64,000 bases of DNA from Octopus sinensis (Eukaryota), in contig NC_043007.1 of NCBI RefSeq assembly GCF_006345805.1, positions 8,804,001 to 8,868,000 of the forward strand, in the 5' to 3' direction. Below are positions 1 through 13,203 of this stretch, one piece after another. The translations under genes and the position numbers were made by a program. The first letter of the stretch is position 1. Each line of letters starts with the position of its first letter. The notes under the pieces were generated by a model. The model had not been told where the DNA came from and searched no databases. It was given only the letters and a program-made list of their open reading frames with translations.

Positions 1-329
1 GCAAGTGACTTCTACTATAGCCTCGGGCCGACCAAAGCCTTGTGAGTGGATTTGGTAGACGGAAACTGAAAGAATCCCGTCGTATATATGTATATATGTA
101 TATATGTGCGTGTGTGTGTTTGTGTGTCTGTGTTTGTCCCCCCTGCTTGACAACCGATGCTGGTGTGTTTATGTTCCCGTTACTTAGCGGTTCGGCAAAA
201 GAGCCCGATAGAATAAGTACTGGGCTTACAAAAGAATAAGTCCCGATGTCGAGTTGCTCGATTAAAGGCGGTGCTCCAGCATGGCCGCAGTCAAATGACT
301 GAAACAAGTAAAAGAGTAAAAGAGTAAAA
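1..329 (+). mobile_element. tRNA-derived SINE family A (octopus-type, internal TA/TG microsatellite), head cut off by window start
   Basis: Body GCAAGTG.CTTCTACTATAGCCTCGGGCCGACCAAAGCCTTGTGAGTGGATTTGGTAGACGGAAACTGAAAGAA, internal (TA)(TG) tract and (GTAAAAGA)n tail, matching copies at 836, 12009, 27645 and 44697. Confidence 0.9.
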
Positions 330-835
330 AGTATATATATATATATATATGGAGGATTTTGCAGATTTACCAGACACACACACAGACATCTATCTGCTAA
401 ATCTGCTAAGTCATCCATACATTTTTATGTGCGCGCGTGTGTGTGTGTATGTGTGTATGGAGGACAATAATGATGATGAGAATAACGACGAGGAGGAAGA
501 TGAAGATGACCCCGACAATGTCGATGAGTACAACCATGCTTATGATGGTAGTTTTGTTACTAATTATGGTGATGGTAATTATTTTTATCTTTCAATCAGG
601 CGGGAATGCAGCATATAGGGTCTCAGAGTTCGATTGATTTGAACAGAATAAACTCTGCGTAAGGCACCCAGTGCACAATATGGTGGTGTGGTAGCTAAAA
701 TCTACTACTCATATAAACTAAAGCTGCATTTAAATTTCGAACGGAAGAAAGCCGGAACAAACACGGTTATGCATATGAAACAATGTCCTTGCAATGTGAC
801 CGATTCATCATCACATGATATTAATGAGGATAATA

Positions 836-1000
836 GGCGCAGGAGTGGCTGTGTGGTAAGTAGCTTGCTTACCTACCACATAGTTCCGAGTCCCGTCCCA
901 CTGCGTGGCACCTTGGACACGTGTCTTCTACTATAGCCTCGGGCCGACCAATGCCTTGTGAGTGGATTTGGTAGACGGAAACTGAAAGAAGCCCGTCGTG

Positions 1001-1033
<33 letters not shown>

Positions 1034-1240
1034 TCATGTATGTATGCATGTGTTTGTGTGTCTGTGTTTCCCCCCCCCCCAACATCGCTTGACAACCGAT
1101 GCTGATGTGTTTAGCGGTACGGCAAGAGAAACCGATAGAATAAGTACTAGGCTTACAAAGAATAAGTCCTGGGGTCGATTTGATCGACTAAATGCGGTGC
1201 TCCAGCATGGCGCAGTCAAATGACTGAAACAAATAAAGAA
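836..1240 (+). mobile_element. SINE family A, full length
   Basis: tRNA-like head GGCGCAGGAGTGGCTGTGTGGTAAG with B-box-like region, then the same body, internal microsatellite and tail as the other copies. Confidence 0.92.
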
Positions 1241-2290
1241 TAATTATGATGACGACGATGATAATGGCGAGGATGATGACGTCAACGAGGATACCTACGC
1301 AGGCGTTCTTCATCGTGCGGGTATGGAGTCTGCAAGGAACTGACTCATAGTTACATAACTTTACATACTTCTTCTCACCAAATCTTACTCTAATTAAAAC
1401 TGACATTACGTCTCCCTCTCGCCTTTAGATTTTATGCCTCAAAATTTGACAAATCATTCACCGCATAATGTCAATGTTTGTGGTGCTAATATTGATACGA
1501 ATCTAGCGATGCAACATAAACTAAATTATATAACTGCTAGAGATATGGATACAGATATGGATATTTTTGTAGGAGATATATCTTGTAGAAAACATATTAA
1601 GTACGTCATACATAGATTATTTAGAATCAGTGCTACATCAAAAATAATAATGCAGATTCGTCTAAGTATGCAACTACCCATAGGGGAAGTTTCTTCAATG
1701 TCATAACATATTTCTAATTTACCTTAATGCATACATTCCTTACCACATGTTTCTATAAGAAAACCACATAGCTTCGTAACAAATAATAAATATAGGTTTT
1801 TATACACTTTTGTGAGAAAGTGTTATTTTCTAAGACTTCTTAGCATCCGATGTAATCTCAGAACTTTCGCTCGCTCTGCAGCTAAAAGACAAATATTGCG
1901 CACCATTATCCCATTATCGTTTATTCATATATCTTCAAGATTTAATAAGATTATCGCTTCTTCAATAATCTCTTCATGTCACCTATCTATTAATTAACGC
2001 CTGCAGATTTTCCTATTTCATTTCAAGACTACTGAGAATTACATTAATTTCTCGCTTTAATACTTTTCCAACTAATTCAATGTTATGCGAAATCAAATAT
2101 GAAGAATTATATTAACTGTCATAAGAACACGCAGGGAAGAGATGAACTTACATACATACATACATACCTACATATATTTATGTATGTATGTATGTATATA
2201 TATATATATATATATATGCATGTATACATGCGTATGCTTATATATACATATACATGTGGAAAAAAAAAATGTTTGAATATATACATATTA

Positions 2291-2343
<53 letters not shown>

Positions 2344-2625
2344 ATATATATATATATATATTTATCAAAGTACAGAGAAGTGAGAGATGAAATATTTGTT
2401 CCTCACGCTGACGGCTGTTTCGTAATATGTATCCAGTTACATAATCAATGCTTAAGTGCCCTACTCTCATACACATATACATACAGATGCAAATATAAAC
2501 ATGTATTTGTTACATAGGAATAGAACTGCCCATCAGAACATTTTAAGGCCACCACTTGCGCACATGTATATATATGTATGCATATGCTGCCACGTATATA
2601 CGTACATATTTATGCAATATCAATT

Positions 2626-3186
2626 CAGTTACCATCGTCCTGCATATCACTCGACCATTGGCTCCATCTTAATAAGTGATGAGCGCTATTCCTAATGGTT
2701 TATAGGTATAGCGTTAGTCAATACATGTGACTCATCTCAAGCGTATATTTCACCTGTGTAACTGTTGTTTGGACGCCCCCAGACGATGAAGTAGACTATC
2801 CCAATACGTAGATACCGAAGGAGAAGTCTAGACGTCGTCAGAGAACAGTTGAGTAGTGGTGGTAGCATTTGGAGTAGAGTAGAGAGTAGCGTTGAGTAGA
2901 GGTCATCCGAACGTGCGACATAACAGTAACTCTAAACAACAAGACCAAATATAGTAAAATTAATATAATCCGTCTACCATAAACAGAGTTTATGATAGAG
3001 TCTACTTTAGATAGAGTCTACTTCATCGTCTGGGGGCGTCCACACAACAGTTACACAGGTGAAATATACGCTTGAGAAGAGTCACATGTATTGACTAACG
3101 CTATACCTATAAACCATTAGGAATAGCGCTCATCACTTATTAAGATGGAGCCAATGGTCGAGTGATATGCAGGACGATGGTAACTG
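2626..3186. mobile_element. Fold-back/MITE-like element with 172-bp terminal inverted repeats
   Basis: 2626-2797 is the reverse complement of 3015-3186 with 2 mismatches by eye. Ends are CAG...CTG. Flanks TATCAATT and AATCGATT match at 6/8 positions (possible decayed 8-bp TSD). Confidence 0.8.
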
Positions 3187-3918
3187 AATCGATTTGTTTG
3201 TAAACATAAGTGTACAGCCACTGCAATGCTGTTGAGCACGGCAAGTATAATTATTCAATATGAAGGAATATTTCGTACTGTAATGCATTGAAGAATATAG
3301 GAAGATTTACACCATATTGATTATTAATTAAGAGAAGAAAGTATTAACAAATAAATCCTTTGAAAAACCTTTATTTTTAATGAGAAATGGAATAACGGAT
3401 CACAAGTACAAAACAGCAGAATCGAATTTAAAATGAATACATAAAGACATTGAACATTTCGAATAGCGACATTATCAGCACAATAAAATAGTTACCATTG
3501 CGATACAATACCAAATTCTTTCCAGAACCAAATGAAAGTGTTCGGGCATTTACCTATCATCCACATACTGACAGAAAAAACAGAGAATATTTACATAGTA
3601 AATATCACCAAAAGTTTCAAACTCCTAGCAGCTAATATTACAGAAACTTAAAAATTACCGCATAGGGTATCATAAATTTTGGAGTCAAAATTAACGGTCC
3701 TATAGAACATGTCGCTGCGTTCGTACCTTACTTTACTCTTAAGGCCCATAGGGTGAATTTCTTCACTGAGCACAAATGAATTTTTGATATATTCTTTTAA
3801 CTCTTACTTGATACATTCATGAGACTGTAGTGATACTGGGGCACCGGTTGAAGAACTTTAGTCGAATGCATTGACTCCAGCACACGGTTTCTTTTAAAGC
3901 CAGGAACTTATCTTAACC

Positions 3919-3963
<45 letters not shown>

Positions 3964-3970
3964 CATACAT

Positions 3971-4532
3971 ATCGTGAAGTATATTTGCCACTTAAGCGTG
4001 GCTAACTCTTAAAGATGGATGCTACTGTAGCTTGTAGCCCCAAGAAGACATGTCTTCCAGCTGGCTATTGACACACTTTCTGTGTGCCTTATCAGTATTT
4101 GCAAAAGGAGCTCATTCTTCCCATCTTCAGCCTAATGGACCCGGGTTTCTGAATATTGATCCGTCATCAGCGTGTGACAATCACCGATTGTCGATGTGAA
4201 GTGCTTCCCAATGCAATTATATTTATATATATATCCTTTTTTGAAAAAGTGTACACAAGCAATAATAAATCTCTGACGGGTCAATAACCAGAAACCCGGC
4301 TCCGTGCGTATCACGTCAGGTTAAAGATGGGAAGGATAACCTACCTTGGCAAATACTGATAGGACACACAAAGTGTGTCAATAGCTAGCTGGAAGCGATG
4401 TCTTCCTGTGGCTACAAGCTACAGTAGCATCAGCCATTAAGGGTTAGCCACTTTTAAGTGGCAAATATACTTCACGATGTCTTGCAGCTACTGTTTATAT
4501 CTCGCTCAGAGATTTATTATTGCTTATATAAA
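3971..4532. mobile_element. Penelope-like pseudo-LTR fold-back with hammerhead motifs
   Basis: About 200-bp diverged inverted repeat (3971-4170 vs 4273-4478), plus a second IR (4241-4276 vs 4508-4532). The same family recurs at 39751-40135. Each arm has a hammerhead-like motif. Confidence 0.7.
4136..4176 (-). ncRNA. Minimal type-I hammerhead ribozyme motif (stem I disrupted)
   Basis: Minus strand reads CACACG-CUGAUGA-C-GGAU-CAAU-AUUC-A-GAAA-C-CCGG-G-UC. Core is intact, stem III has a palindromic CCGG tetraloop and the cleavage triplet is GUC. The 3' strand of stem I is lost. Confidence 0.65.
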
Positions 4533-4976
4533 TATAATGAAAAGGTGTCGTAATTCCAAAATGTTGCTTTTTCAGAAAACGAAAAGAATAGATTCATCAT
4601 TCCATAGCGAAACCGTTGTACTACACTGACAATTTTTGATACCTTAACATTTGAAGTAGCTGGAGATGTGATGGTTTGATAAAAAGAACCGGCTACTATA
4701 AGCACAAATAAATATACTTTCCTACTCTAGGGACAAGGCCAAAATTGCAGGGTTTAGTGAAATGTTTTTAAATAACAGATAATTTAAGAAATGGAGTTAA
4801 ACGTAGGTGTTATTTAAATTTTTATACTTCCGACATATGTTTCGAAGAAAACATTGGTATTAATCCTGGGAGAATAAAATGATGTAACACCGCTGTTCTC
4901 TTTCAGTACAACTTTCTCTCACTCTTTCTTCATTCTTCTGCCACAAAGCAGAGGAACCATGGTGTAACCCACTATA

Positions 4977-5451
4977 GTGTGATAAACTTTCAGACCCTAG
5001 TCTAGATTGCGAATCCTGTATACCCCAGGATGGTTCAGCTCTCAACCCATTAAAAGCCACCGTTTACGGAATGAGGATAACAACGTAGCTTTGGCGCCCG
5101 TGCAACCGCCAGTCCATCGCGTGTGGTGGGTGGATCTTGAAATTGACACACGCATTTTTAGTACCTTAGAGTAAGCTCGAATTAAAGATTATTCTTTGTG
5201 GCTAATGCCGTGAACCCTGATTGGAAGAAGAAGAAGAAGAAGAAGAGAAGAAGAAGAAGAAGAAGAAGTAGAAGGAGAAGGAGAAGAAGAAGAAGAAGAA
5301 GTAGGGGGTGAAGGAGAAGAAGAAGAAGGAGGAGAAGAAGAAGAAGGAGGAGAAGAAGAAGAAGAAGAAGAAGATGAAGAAGAAGAAGTGAAGAAGAAGA
5401 AGAGAAGAAGAAGAAGAAGAAGAAGAAGAAGAAGAAGAAGAAGAAGAAGAC
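4977..5451 (+). mobile_element. Unclassified retroposon 3' end with (GAA)n tail
   Basis: About 250 bp shared with 45775-46009. Both copies end at TGATTGGAAGAAG, and this one continues as about 230 bp of (GAA)n. Confidence 0.6.
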
Positions 5452-5789
5452 AGTAGCAGTAAGAATAAGAACAAAAACAAGAACGACAACAGCAGCAACA
5501 ATAACAACAACAACTATACCGTTACTAGGCCCACCACCGCTGTCATCGTCACTTTCACGATTACCATTAACCATCACCTCCAACACTACAACCACCACTA
5601 CCACGATTAAATCTCAACTTACAGGTCTAAGCCTCCTAAACTACAGCCACCTGGAATACCCTTCGCCACCAAGATAACCACCGACGCTGACATCATCACT
5701 TCCACCGCCATTACCATCAGCACTACCATCGCCATGACTTCCACCCTGCACCGCCACCAGCATCATCAACCACTGTCGTTACCACTACC

Positions 5790-6060
5790 ATAACCGCCAA
5801 ACCACCACCACCACCACCACTCTCATCAGTACCCCACCACCACCTCCCCCCCACCACTACCCCCCCACCACCACCACCGTCACCACCACTGCTGCCGCCG
5901 CCGATACCACCATTAATGCTACCACCATCAACATCACCGAACCCACCCCAACCCTACCACGACCACTACCACCCGCACCACTACTGCCGACTCCGTCGTC
6001 GCCACCAAAATCACTGCCACCACCATCACCACCACCATCACCACCACCATCACCACCAGC
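5790..6060. repeat. (CCA/CAC)n-rich low-complexity tract
   Basis: Direct reading; source of spurious His/Pro-rich ORFs. Confidence 0.9.
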
Positions 6061-6546
6061 AATCCATAGCCCATGGTCCCTGGTCGCTCTGTTGTGAATT
6101 ATCTTTCCATTCCAGTAGACTGTTTTTCATGTTATCAGTTCATTTTACAAATATAGTTGTTGTTGCTGTTTCTTTAGTTGTTGTTGTCATTTGACATTGA
6201 TGTGTTTAGCCCCGGGTCAAACACTGATCAATGAGACCTATTATGGAATACATTCCAAAACGTGATCATCCCGTAGTTTTTCTTAAATTCACAACACCCT
6301 AGGCCACATTAACTAATGTGCCACTTTCTAAGTGATAAGACATATATTTGAAGGATGTTTGGCTGTTATTTCTTCTAATTTAAGCAACCATGTAGAGGCT
6401 CCTTCTTCACTGCATCTGGTGCCCTTAATATTTTTGTTGTTGCTACTGTTGTTTTTGTAATGTTAGTTATATTTTTAGGACCGTTGTTTTGCTCTTGTTT
6501 CCTTATTTCTGTTTTGTTACCACAATTGATATTCATGAAGTTCATG

Positions 6547-6938
6547 TTATCACCTCCGCCTTCGCTATTGCGGTGGTATTGTTTTTTCAGTTGTATTTGT
6601 TTATGTGCCCCTTTGTTTGTCCATGGACAAGCTATCTCATGAACTGTAGGATGGATTCGGATGAAACTTCCAGGGATGTTTGACCTCGTGACGGGCATGA
6701 AATGATGAGATTCTGGGATCGATCCGGTATCGGAGAAGAATTCTTGATTATGTTTCCTACTGTTTTTTTTAAATTTTTACTTAATTTTCGAGAGCCGTCG
6801 GGTTCATTTTTAGAATTCTCGTTTCTGAGAGCAGTCGAGTTTATTTCTGATATTCTCATTTTAAAAATCATCTCTGGCTAATCGTTGAGAGGACGTTGGA
6901 GTTGCCTTGGCGGAGGTTTGCGCTCTGTGAGTGCTCTT
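6547..6938 (+). mobile_element. Non-autonomous Helentron (HINE/DINE-1-like), copy 1
   Basis: Left subTIR ACCTCCGCC (6552-6560) with 5' stem partner GCGGTGGT (6570-6577), right subTIR GGCGGAGGT (6909-6917), 3' hairpin GCGCTC-TGT-GAGTGC (6920-6934), T-rich flanks. This is the diagnostic HINE architecture. Confidence 0.8.
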
Positions 6939-7100
6939 CTTCTTCTTCTTCTTCTCTTCTTCTTCTTCTCTTCTTCTCTTCTTCTTCTTCTTCTTCTTCT
7001 TCTTCTTCTCCTTCTCCTCCTTCTCCTCCTCCTTCTTCTTCTTCTTCTCCTCCTCCTCCTCCTCCTCTTCCTCCTTCTTCTTCTTCTTCTTCTTCTTCTT
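6939..7100. repeat. (CTT)n/(CCT)n microsatellite
   Basis: Direct reading. Confidence 0.95.
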
Positions 7101-7118
7101 AATATTATTATTATTATT

Positions 7119-7671
7119 GAGTGAGAGAGCAGTTCATGCCATCAAAGTGACACTGGGGTAAAATATACGAAGCCCAATATACCCATCATGACTACCCGTC
7201 TGATAAAGGTACACCAGGCACATGCATCACAACCATATGTGCGCGACATGGTGATCTCATATCAAGATAAACAGCACATGACCTTGCAGGTGGGGCCAGT
7301 TAGAATTTTCTTCAGGTTGAGTAGCCATCCCGCTCAAACGGTCCCTGAATAAGGTTGTTTAAGGATGTTGAAAGAACCACCATGTTTCCAGAGGTGAACT
7401 ATTCAAACCCCAAAGAATCCTCTCAACACATGGCTATGATGCTCCCCCACTACTTCTGCTCGTGATCAGAGATGCACATATCGTCAGCCACTAAGGGACA
7501 TGCTCAACTGGTTAAGGTCAAACAACTGACAAGCAAATCTGTGCTATTGAGCAGAATATTTGCTGTAGCCCATCTTTTATACCAAGACAAATCAATGTAC
7601 ATGATAACACTTCCAATCAGTTAAGATCAGAAGCCATGAGAGCCACTGCCTGGTACTTCATCAGGGCATTT
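7119..7671 (-). mobile_element. 553-bp (TAA)n-embedded retroposon-like element, copy 1
   Basis: Matches 13204-13756 over its full length and 50208-50675 (opposite strand). (ATT)n on both sides. Confidence 0.85.
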
Positions 7672-7684
7672 ATATTATTTATTA

Positions 7685-7730
<46 letters not shown>

Positions 7731-7736
<6 letters not shown>

Positions 7737-8104
7737 TCTGACTTAACGAGAAAGCGGAGGTTTTGTTTTCAATTGAGTTTCAAAAAAATTTTGTCAGTGG
7801 ACAAGCTGTCTCTTGAACCGTCGGATGGATTCGGATGAAACTTTCAGGGATATTAAGCCTCGTGTCTATCACGAACTGATTATATTTTAGGATCGATTCG
7901 GTACCGGAAGAGAATTCTGGATTATTTTTCCTGTGTTTCTTTTTACTTAATTTTAGAGAGCCGTAGGGTTCATTTTTAGTATTCTCGTTTGTGAGAGCGG
8001 TCGAGTTTATTTCAGATATTCTTATTTTAAAAATCATCTCTGGCTAATCGTTGAGAGGATATTAGTGTTGCCTTGGTGGAGATTTGCGTCCTTTGAGTAC
8101 TCTT
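7731..8104 (+). mobile_element. Non-autonomous Helentron (HINE), copy 2, more diverged
   Basis: ACCTCTG...GCGGAGGT 5' stem, internal sequence homologous to 6620-6900, right end CCTTGGTGGAGAT plus a decayed hairpin. Confidence 0.75.
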
Positions 8105-9879
8105 GTTGTTATTGATGTTTTTGTTGCTGTTGATGTCATCGTTTGCTTTTATGCTGTTGTTGCTATTGTTTTCCTCTGCTCTAACTGGTTGTTGTTGCCA
8201 TCTTTACTCTTGCTAACGTTGTTGTTTCGTTGTCACTGTGTCTCATGATGTTGTTTTCATTACTGCTGTCACCGTTTCTGTTCTTCTTAACCAGTTCGTT
8301 GCGAGCTACAGGACCAACAAATTTGGAGCGGAAAAATCAATTATATCGATCCCATTACCTGTCTGGTACTTTATTTTATTGTCCCTCAATACTATAAGAG
8401 GCAAACTTGACTTCGGCGTGATTTGAACTCACAGCGTAAAGAGCAGGAAATAAATACAACTTAGCATTTTGTCGAAGGTGCTAAAAATTCTGCCAGCTCA
8501 TCACCATTTTGTATTCTATTGATTATTATAAATTGAAATGGTGTGTGTATTTGTGTGGATGTGTAAGTTTTCACGAGGTGAATATCAAATACTTTATTAA
8601 TAAAGTTAAACGGAAAAGAAAAAAAATCTGATTTTACACACACACACACACACACACAGATATACACGCAAAGATACACACACAGATGCACACGCAGACG
8701 CACACACGCGTATATATATATATATTATTGGATATGCGTAATCGATTCTGACTGGACTTTAAAAGTATGTTGAGATAATTCGCAGACATTTAAATATTTT
8801 AAGAATTATTTAGATTTAATTCCTTCGCAGATTAATGCAATTTTCGCCAATTAGAATTAATATGCAAGTTTCCAAGCGACTTTGAAATTTTATTACAAAA
8901 GAATATTGTACAAATCTTAATACTTCAGCGTAAAGTCCTCAGATATTCTCATCTATCATTATGACAGATAACTATAAATAATTACCATATATATGCATAT
9001 TAATTTGGTGATTTTAAAACATTAGCTGAGCTAGAGCTAATAGTAATATTGATTTCTTGCAGTGAAAGGAGGTCATTCACGTCGAAAAATCTGAAGAACA
9101 GGAGTCCAGAGTATCAAAAGTACTTATATTTCTGGCACTGACAGGGTTAAAAGCAGAGTCTAAATATCTGTAGGGATAAAGACAGAGTCTAAAATGATGC
9201 AGATTACCATATTTGGTACCATAAAAGATTCGCAGGCATATTAAAATCACCACAATTTCAGCAGAGCATATTCAGTAAAAAAAAAAAAGGAAGTTTTTTG
9301 TACATTAAAGCATGTAATAAAAACTAAACTGTGAATATAGCACCTAGGGTGAGTTTTTAAAAACTTCTTTTGGGTTGAGAGAAATGCGTCTTATTTTTTG
9401 CATTTGGCTGGAGAGATTCTTTACATGATCTTGTCTTTGGAAACAGATGTTGTATCTTGGGAGGGATGTAAAAATGTAATAAATAGACGCACCTGTTTTC
9501 GTTTTCACCTGTCTATTATTCGTCAAATTGTTTGCTGTTTTACCAATGACCTAATCAGTTGCTTGGTGAGTAATTCAGTTAATCAATCAATCTGTTGCGT
9601 TTTGCCAAAATCATTTCGCCACGAAACAGATGCCCACTTCACTAGAACTGAAAGACTAACCAAATGATGAATAAAAAGAAGTGAGATTGAATCTGTGCGT
9701 GAGCTTATTATTGACAAATTTGTTGTATCGAAATACAACAAAGAGTCCACTTTATATACCATAAAATAGTGTGCTAACTCTCAATGCTGCTAGCACAGAG
9801 AGTACAGAAAGATGATATTGGGCTCAATCTTTGGCACGAGATCAGCAATTACGGGTGAGTGGGTACGTCGATAACATCG

Positions 9880-10038
9880 ATCCTAGCGCTCGACGGGTAC
9901 TTATTTTGATAATTCAATCCCGAAAGAATGAAAGGCAAAGTCGACCTCGGCGGAATTTGAACTCAGAACGCTACGGCAGACGAAATACCGCTAAGTATTT
10001 CGCCCGGTGTGCTAACGTTTCTGCCAGCTAGCCGCCTT
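9880..10038 (-). mobile_element. tRNA-derived SINE family B
   Basis: Reverse complement of GGCGGC.AGCTGGCAGAAACGTTAGCAC...GTTCTGAGTTCAAATTCCGCCGAGGTCGACTTTGCCTTTCAT. More decayed copies lie at about 8350-8500 and 10110-10240. Confidence 0.85.
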
Positions 10039-11562
10039 TGGAAGATAATATTGGTTTCATAGATTGACAGCAAGCCGGTATTTTCGTGGGATGGAATGAG
10101 CCTAATACATTGACTCCAATGTCCAATTGGTATATTTTGTTATTGACTACGAAAGGGATGAATGTCAAAATAAAAAGATGGACGACATGCCGCTAAGCAT
10201 AATTTCCAGCACGCTAACGATTCTGCCAATTTGCCGCTTTAGTGAAAGATGATATTAACTATGTTTTCAATCAAATACAGTATCTAATTCTACATTTGTC
10301 ATTGGTATAATCAATGAAGATTTTGGGTCCCACTTGGATTCATATAAATGTGCAAGGAACTCGTAACAACGACATTTATTCTTTGAATCTTTGTAAAGGA
10401 ATAGCGGCAGAGAATTATATTTTTTCCATTTATAAAAATTTAATCTTTTCTATGAAACATTTCAAACAAATATTTATATAAAAAAATACAGTAGCAAACA
10501 CCAAAGGAAAGGCAAGAACAAAGAAACAGCAACATTAATTGAAAAATAAATACTAAAATCAATACATAATACTAGCGTATAATAAACAAATATAATAGAG
10601 AAGTATTTGAAATATAGAATAAATGTCTCACTGAATGAGTTTGTTAACAAATAATACCGCTGCTCTAGATTTTATAACAAGAATAAGAAACTTGTTTTAG
10701 AATCAGTTTTCAGAGACTGGCGGCGGAAATTGTTCGCCGTTTATGGATTAGAAGCATTGAATGAAAACTAATTTAATTTAGGTATCAACTTGCCTGTAAA
10801 TTCATTGAAATCGTGTCTCAAAAGACACAATATTTATAGAATTTCCGCATGATAACTATACTGCTATGCGTAGCACAAGAAGAGAATTGTCTTCCTATCG
10901 TTTTATATTATTGTGACAGTTTCTGAAATTTATATTATTTTTATTATTATACAGAGTTCAATATTTTTAGTAATTCCTTTTACGTTTTCTCTCTTTCTCT
11001 CTTTCCCTCCTCTCTCTCTCTCTCTCGCTCTCTCTGTCACACACACACACACTCCTTATTTATCTGTTTATCTACTTCTGTCTCAACAGATATCCATATG
11101 TACAATTATAATGCACACATATGCACATATACACACAGATATATATATATATGAACATACATACATATATGTATATATATATATATATTATATATATACG
11201 TATATGTATGTATGTTTATATATATATATATATACACACACATATATATAAACATACATACATATATGTATATATATATTTATTTATATATATATATATA
11301 CATAGGAAAATAGATGCATACATACATAATTACCTACTACCATCCTACCTACCTACCTACATACATACATACATACATACATACATACATACATACACAC
11401 GTACGTACGTACTTCCATACACATATGCAGTCATAGAGAGAAATAGAAAGAGAAAGAGTAGGAAAGAGAATGAGAAAGTCAGAGAAATGGAATTAAGAGG
11501 AAAACACTTTATCGATACAAGCTGATACCAATGTGAGTACCAAATTGGTTGTGTACTAATAT

Positions 11563-11650
<88 letters not shown>

Positions 11651-12008
11651 ATCAAATATTCACGAAGAAACAGAAAAGCACAAACACTTTCACATAGCCA
11701 TGCATCGTCACACAGCCACTCACATTATACACATACATTCAAACAACAGACACAGATACACACAGACACACACCATTCAGATAGACTGTAAAACGGTGAT
11801 GTCATTCATCTGAAGATACTAACAACCAAATACGTTGCTACATATGCACAGATCCACAGGTGTTTTAGAGATGAACACACAGAAATATATTATGCATGTT
11901 TCTCTCTTTACACATATACACAGGCGCATAAACACGTAGATAAACATATATATATATACATGTATATGAATGTATATATATACATATATATATATATATT
12001 ATATATAT

Positions 12009-12415
12009 TCTTTTACTCTTTTACTCTTTTACTTGTTTCAGTCATTTGACTGCGACCATGCTGGAGCACCGCCTTTAATCGAGCAACTCGACCCCGGGAC
12101 TTATTCTTTTGTATGACCATTACTTATTCTATTGGTCTCTTTTGCCGAACCGCTAAGTAACGGGGACGCAAACACACCAGCATCGGTTGTCAAGCGATGT
12201 TGGTGGGACAAACATATACATACACATACATACATATATATATACATATATACCACAGGCTTCTTTCAGTGTCTGTCTACTAAATCCACTCACAAGGCAT
12301 TGGTCGGCCCGAGGCTATAGTAGAAGACATTTGCCCAAGGTGCCACGCAGTGGGACTGAACCCGGAACCATGTGGTTGGTAAACAAGCTACTTACCACAC
12401 AGCCACTCCTGCGCC
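12009..12415 (-). mobile_element. SINE family A, full length, within (TA)n
   Basis: Reverse complement of the 836-1240 copy, with TA runs on both sides. Confidence 0.92.
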
Positions 12416-12438
12416 TATATATATATATATATATATAT

Positions 12439-12613
12439 CAAAATGTGATCGCGTATGTACCGTTGGCGATTTTTTCCCTCCGTCTTCCCTTCTCTGGATC
12501 TTTCCTTTTCCTATGTTTCTGACGAAGAGCTCCGGAGCGTCCAAGAATACTATATTTGTTCCACGTCCTCGCGTTGTTGTGTTTTCTCTTGGTGTTTTCA
12601 TGTTTGGATTAAC
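12439..12613 (+). mobile_element. Penelope-like tail fragment with half hammerhead motif, between (TA)n tracts
   Basis: Pyrimidine tract, then CTGACGA-A-GAGC at 12520 (same opening as the 61727 motif, GAAA half missing). Ends directly in (TA)n at 12616. Confidence 0.45.
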
Positions 12614-12669
<56 letters not shown>

Positions 12670-13203
12670 TAAATATAAATATATATATATATGCGTGTGT
12701 GATAAATAGAGAGTAGATTGATAGATATCTTCTCTCTGTGGATTCCAAGGCAGCCAGTGGCTTTATATCACGCGGAGAACTTTTGTAGTTCCAAGGAATG
12801 TCGATTTTCATAGGTGTTCTCTCAATGTTTTTGAGCCACAGTGTTTGTTGATTGCGATACTTTCATGCGCGTCAATTTCTGTTCATAACATGTCCACTCT
12901 CTTCATTACCCACAACCTCAACTATCATTATCATTATTATTATTATTATTTTTCCTTCTTTCTTCAAATTTTCTTCCGTTTCTCTCCGAGTGTTTTCCAT
13001 ACACCTAGGGCAGAGAAGGTCGTTGTATGCATTCCCAGATTACACGCGCAAATTCACAGGTAAAATAGGTATTTAAAAATTAATAAATAAATAAATTCAT
13101 GGATGGATGTTATTTTTACAGCGATAATGCTCTTCTCAGTTAATGAACCATTCCAGTTAATACGATTATTATTATTATTATGATTATTATTATTATTATT
13201 ATA

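Noticed and set aside
2780-2845. CAGACGATGAAG-TAGACT...AGTCTA-GACGTCGTC as a hammerhead in the 172-bp fold-back
   Set aside because: Both arms have CAGACGA, there is no GAAA and no stem I; insufficient support.
8817-9150. Possible piggyBac MITE ending CAGGGTTAA
   Set aside because: The left end does not form a convincing TIR.
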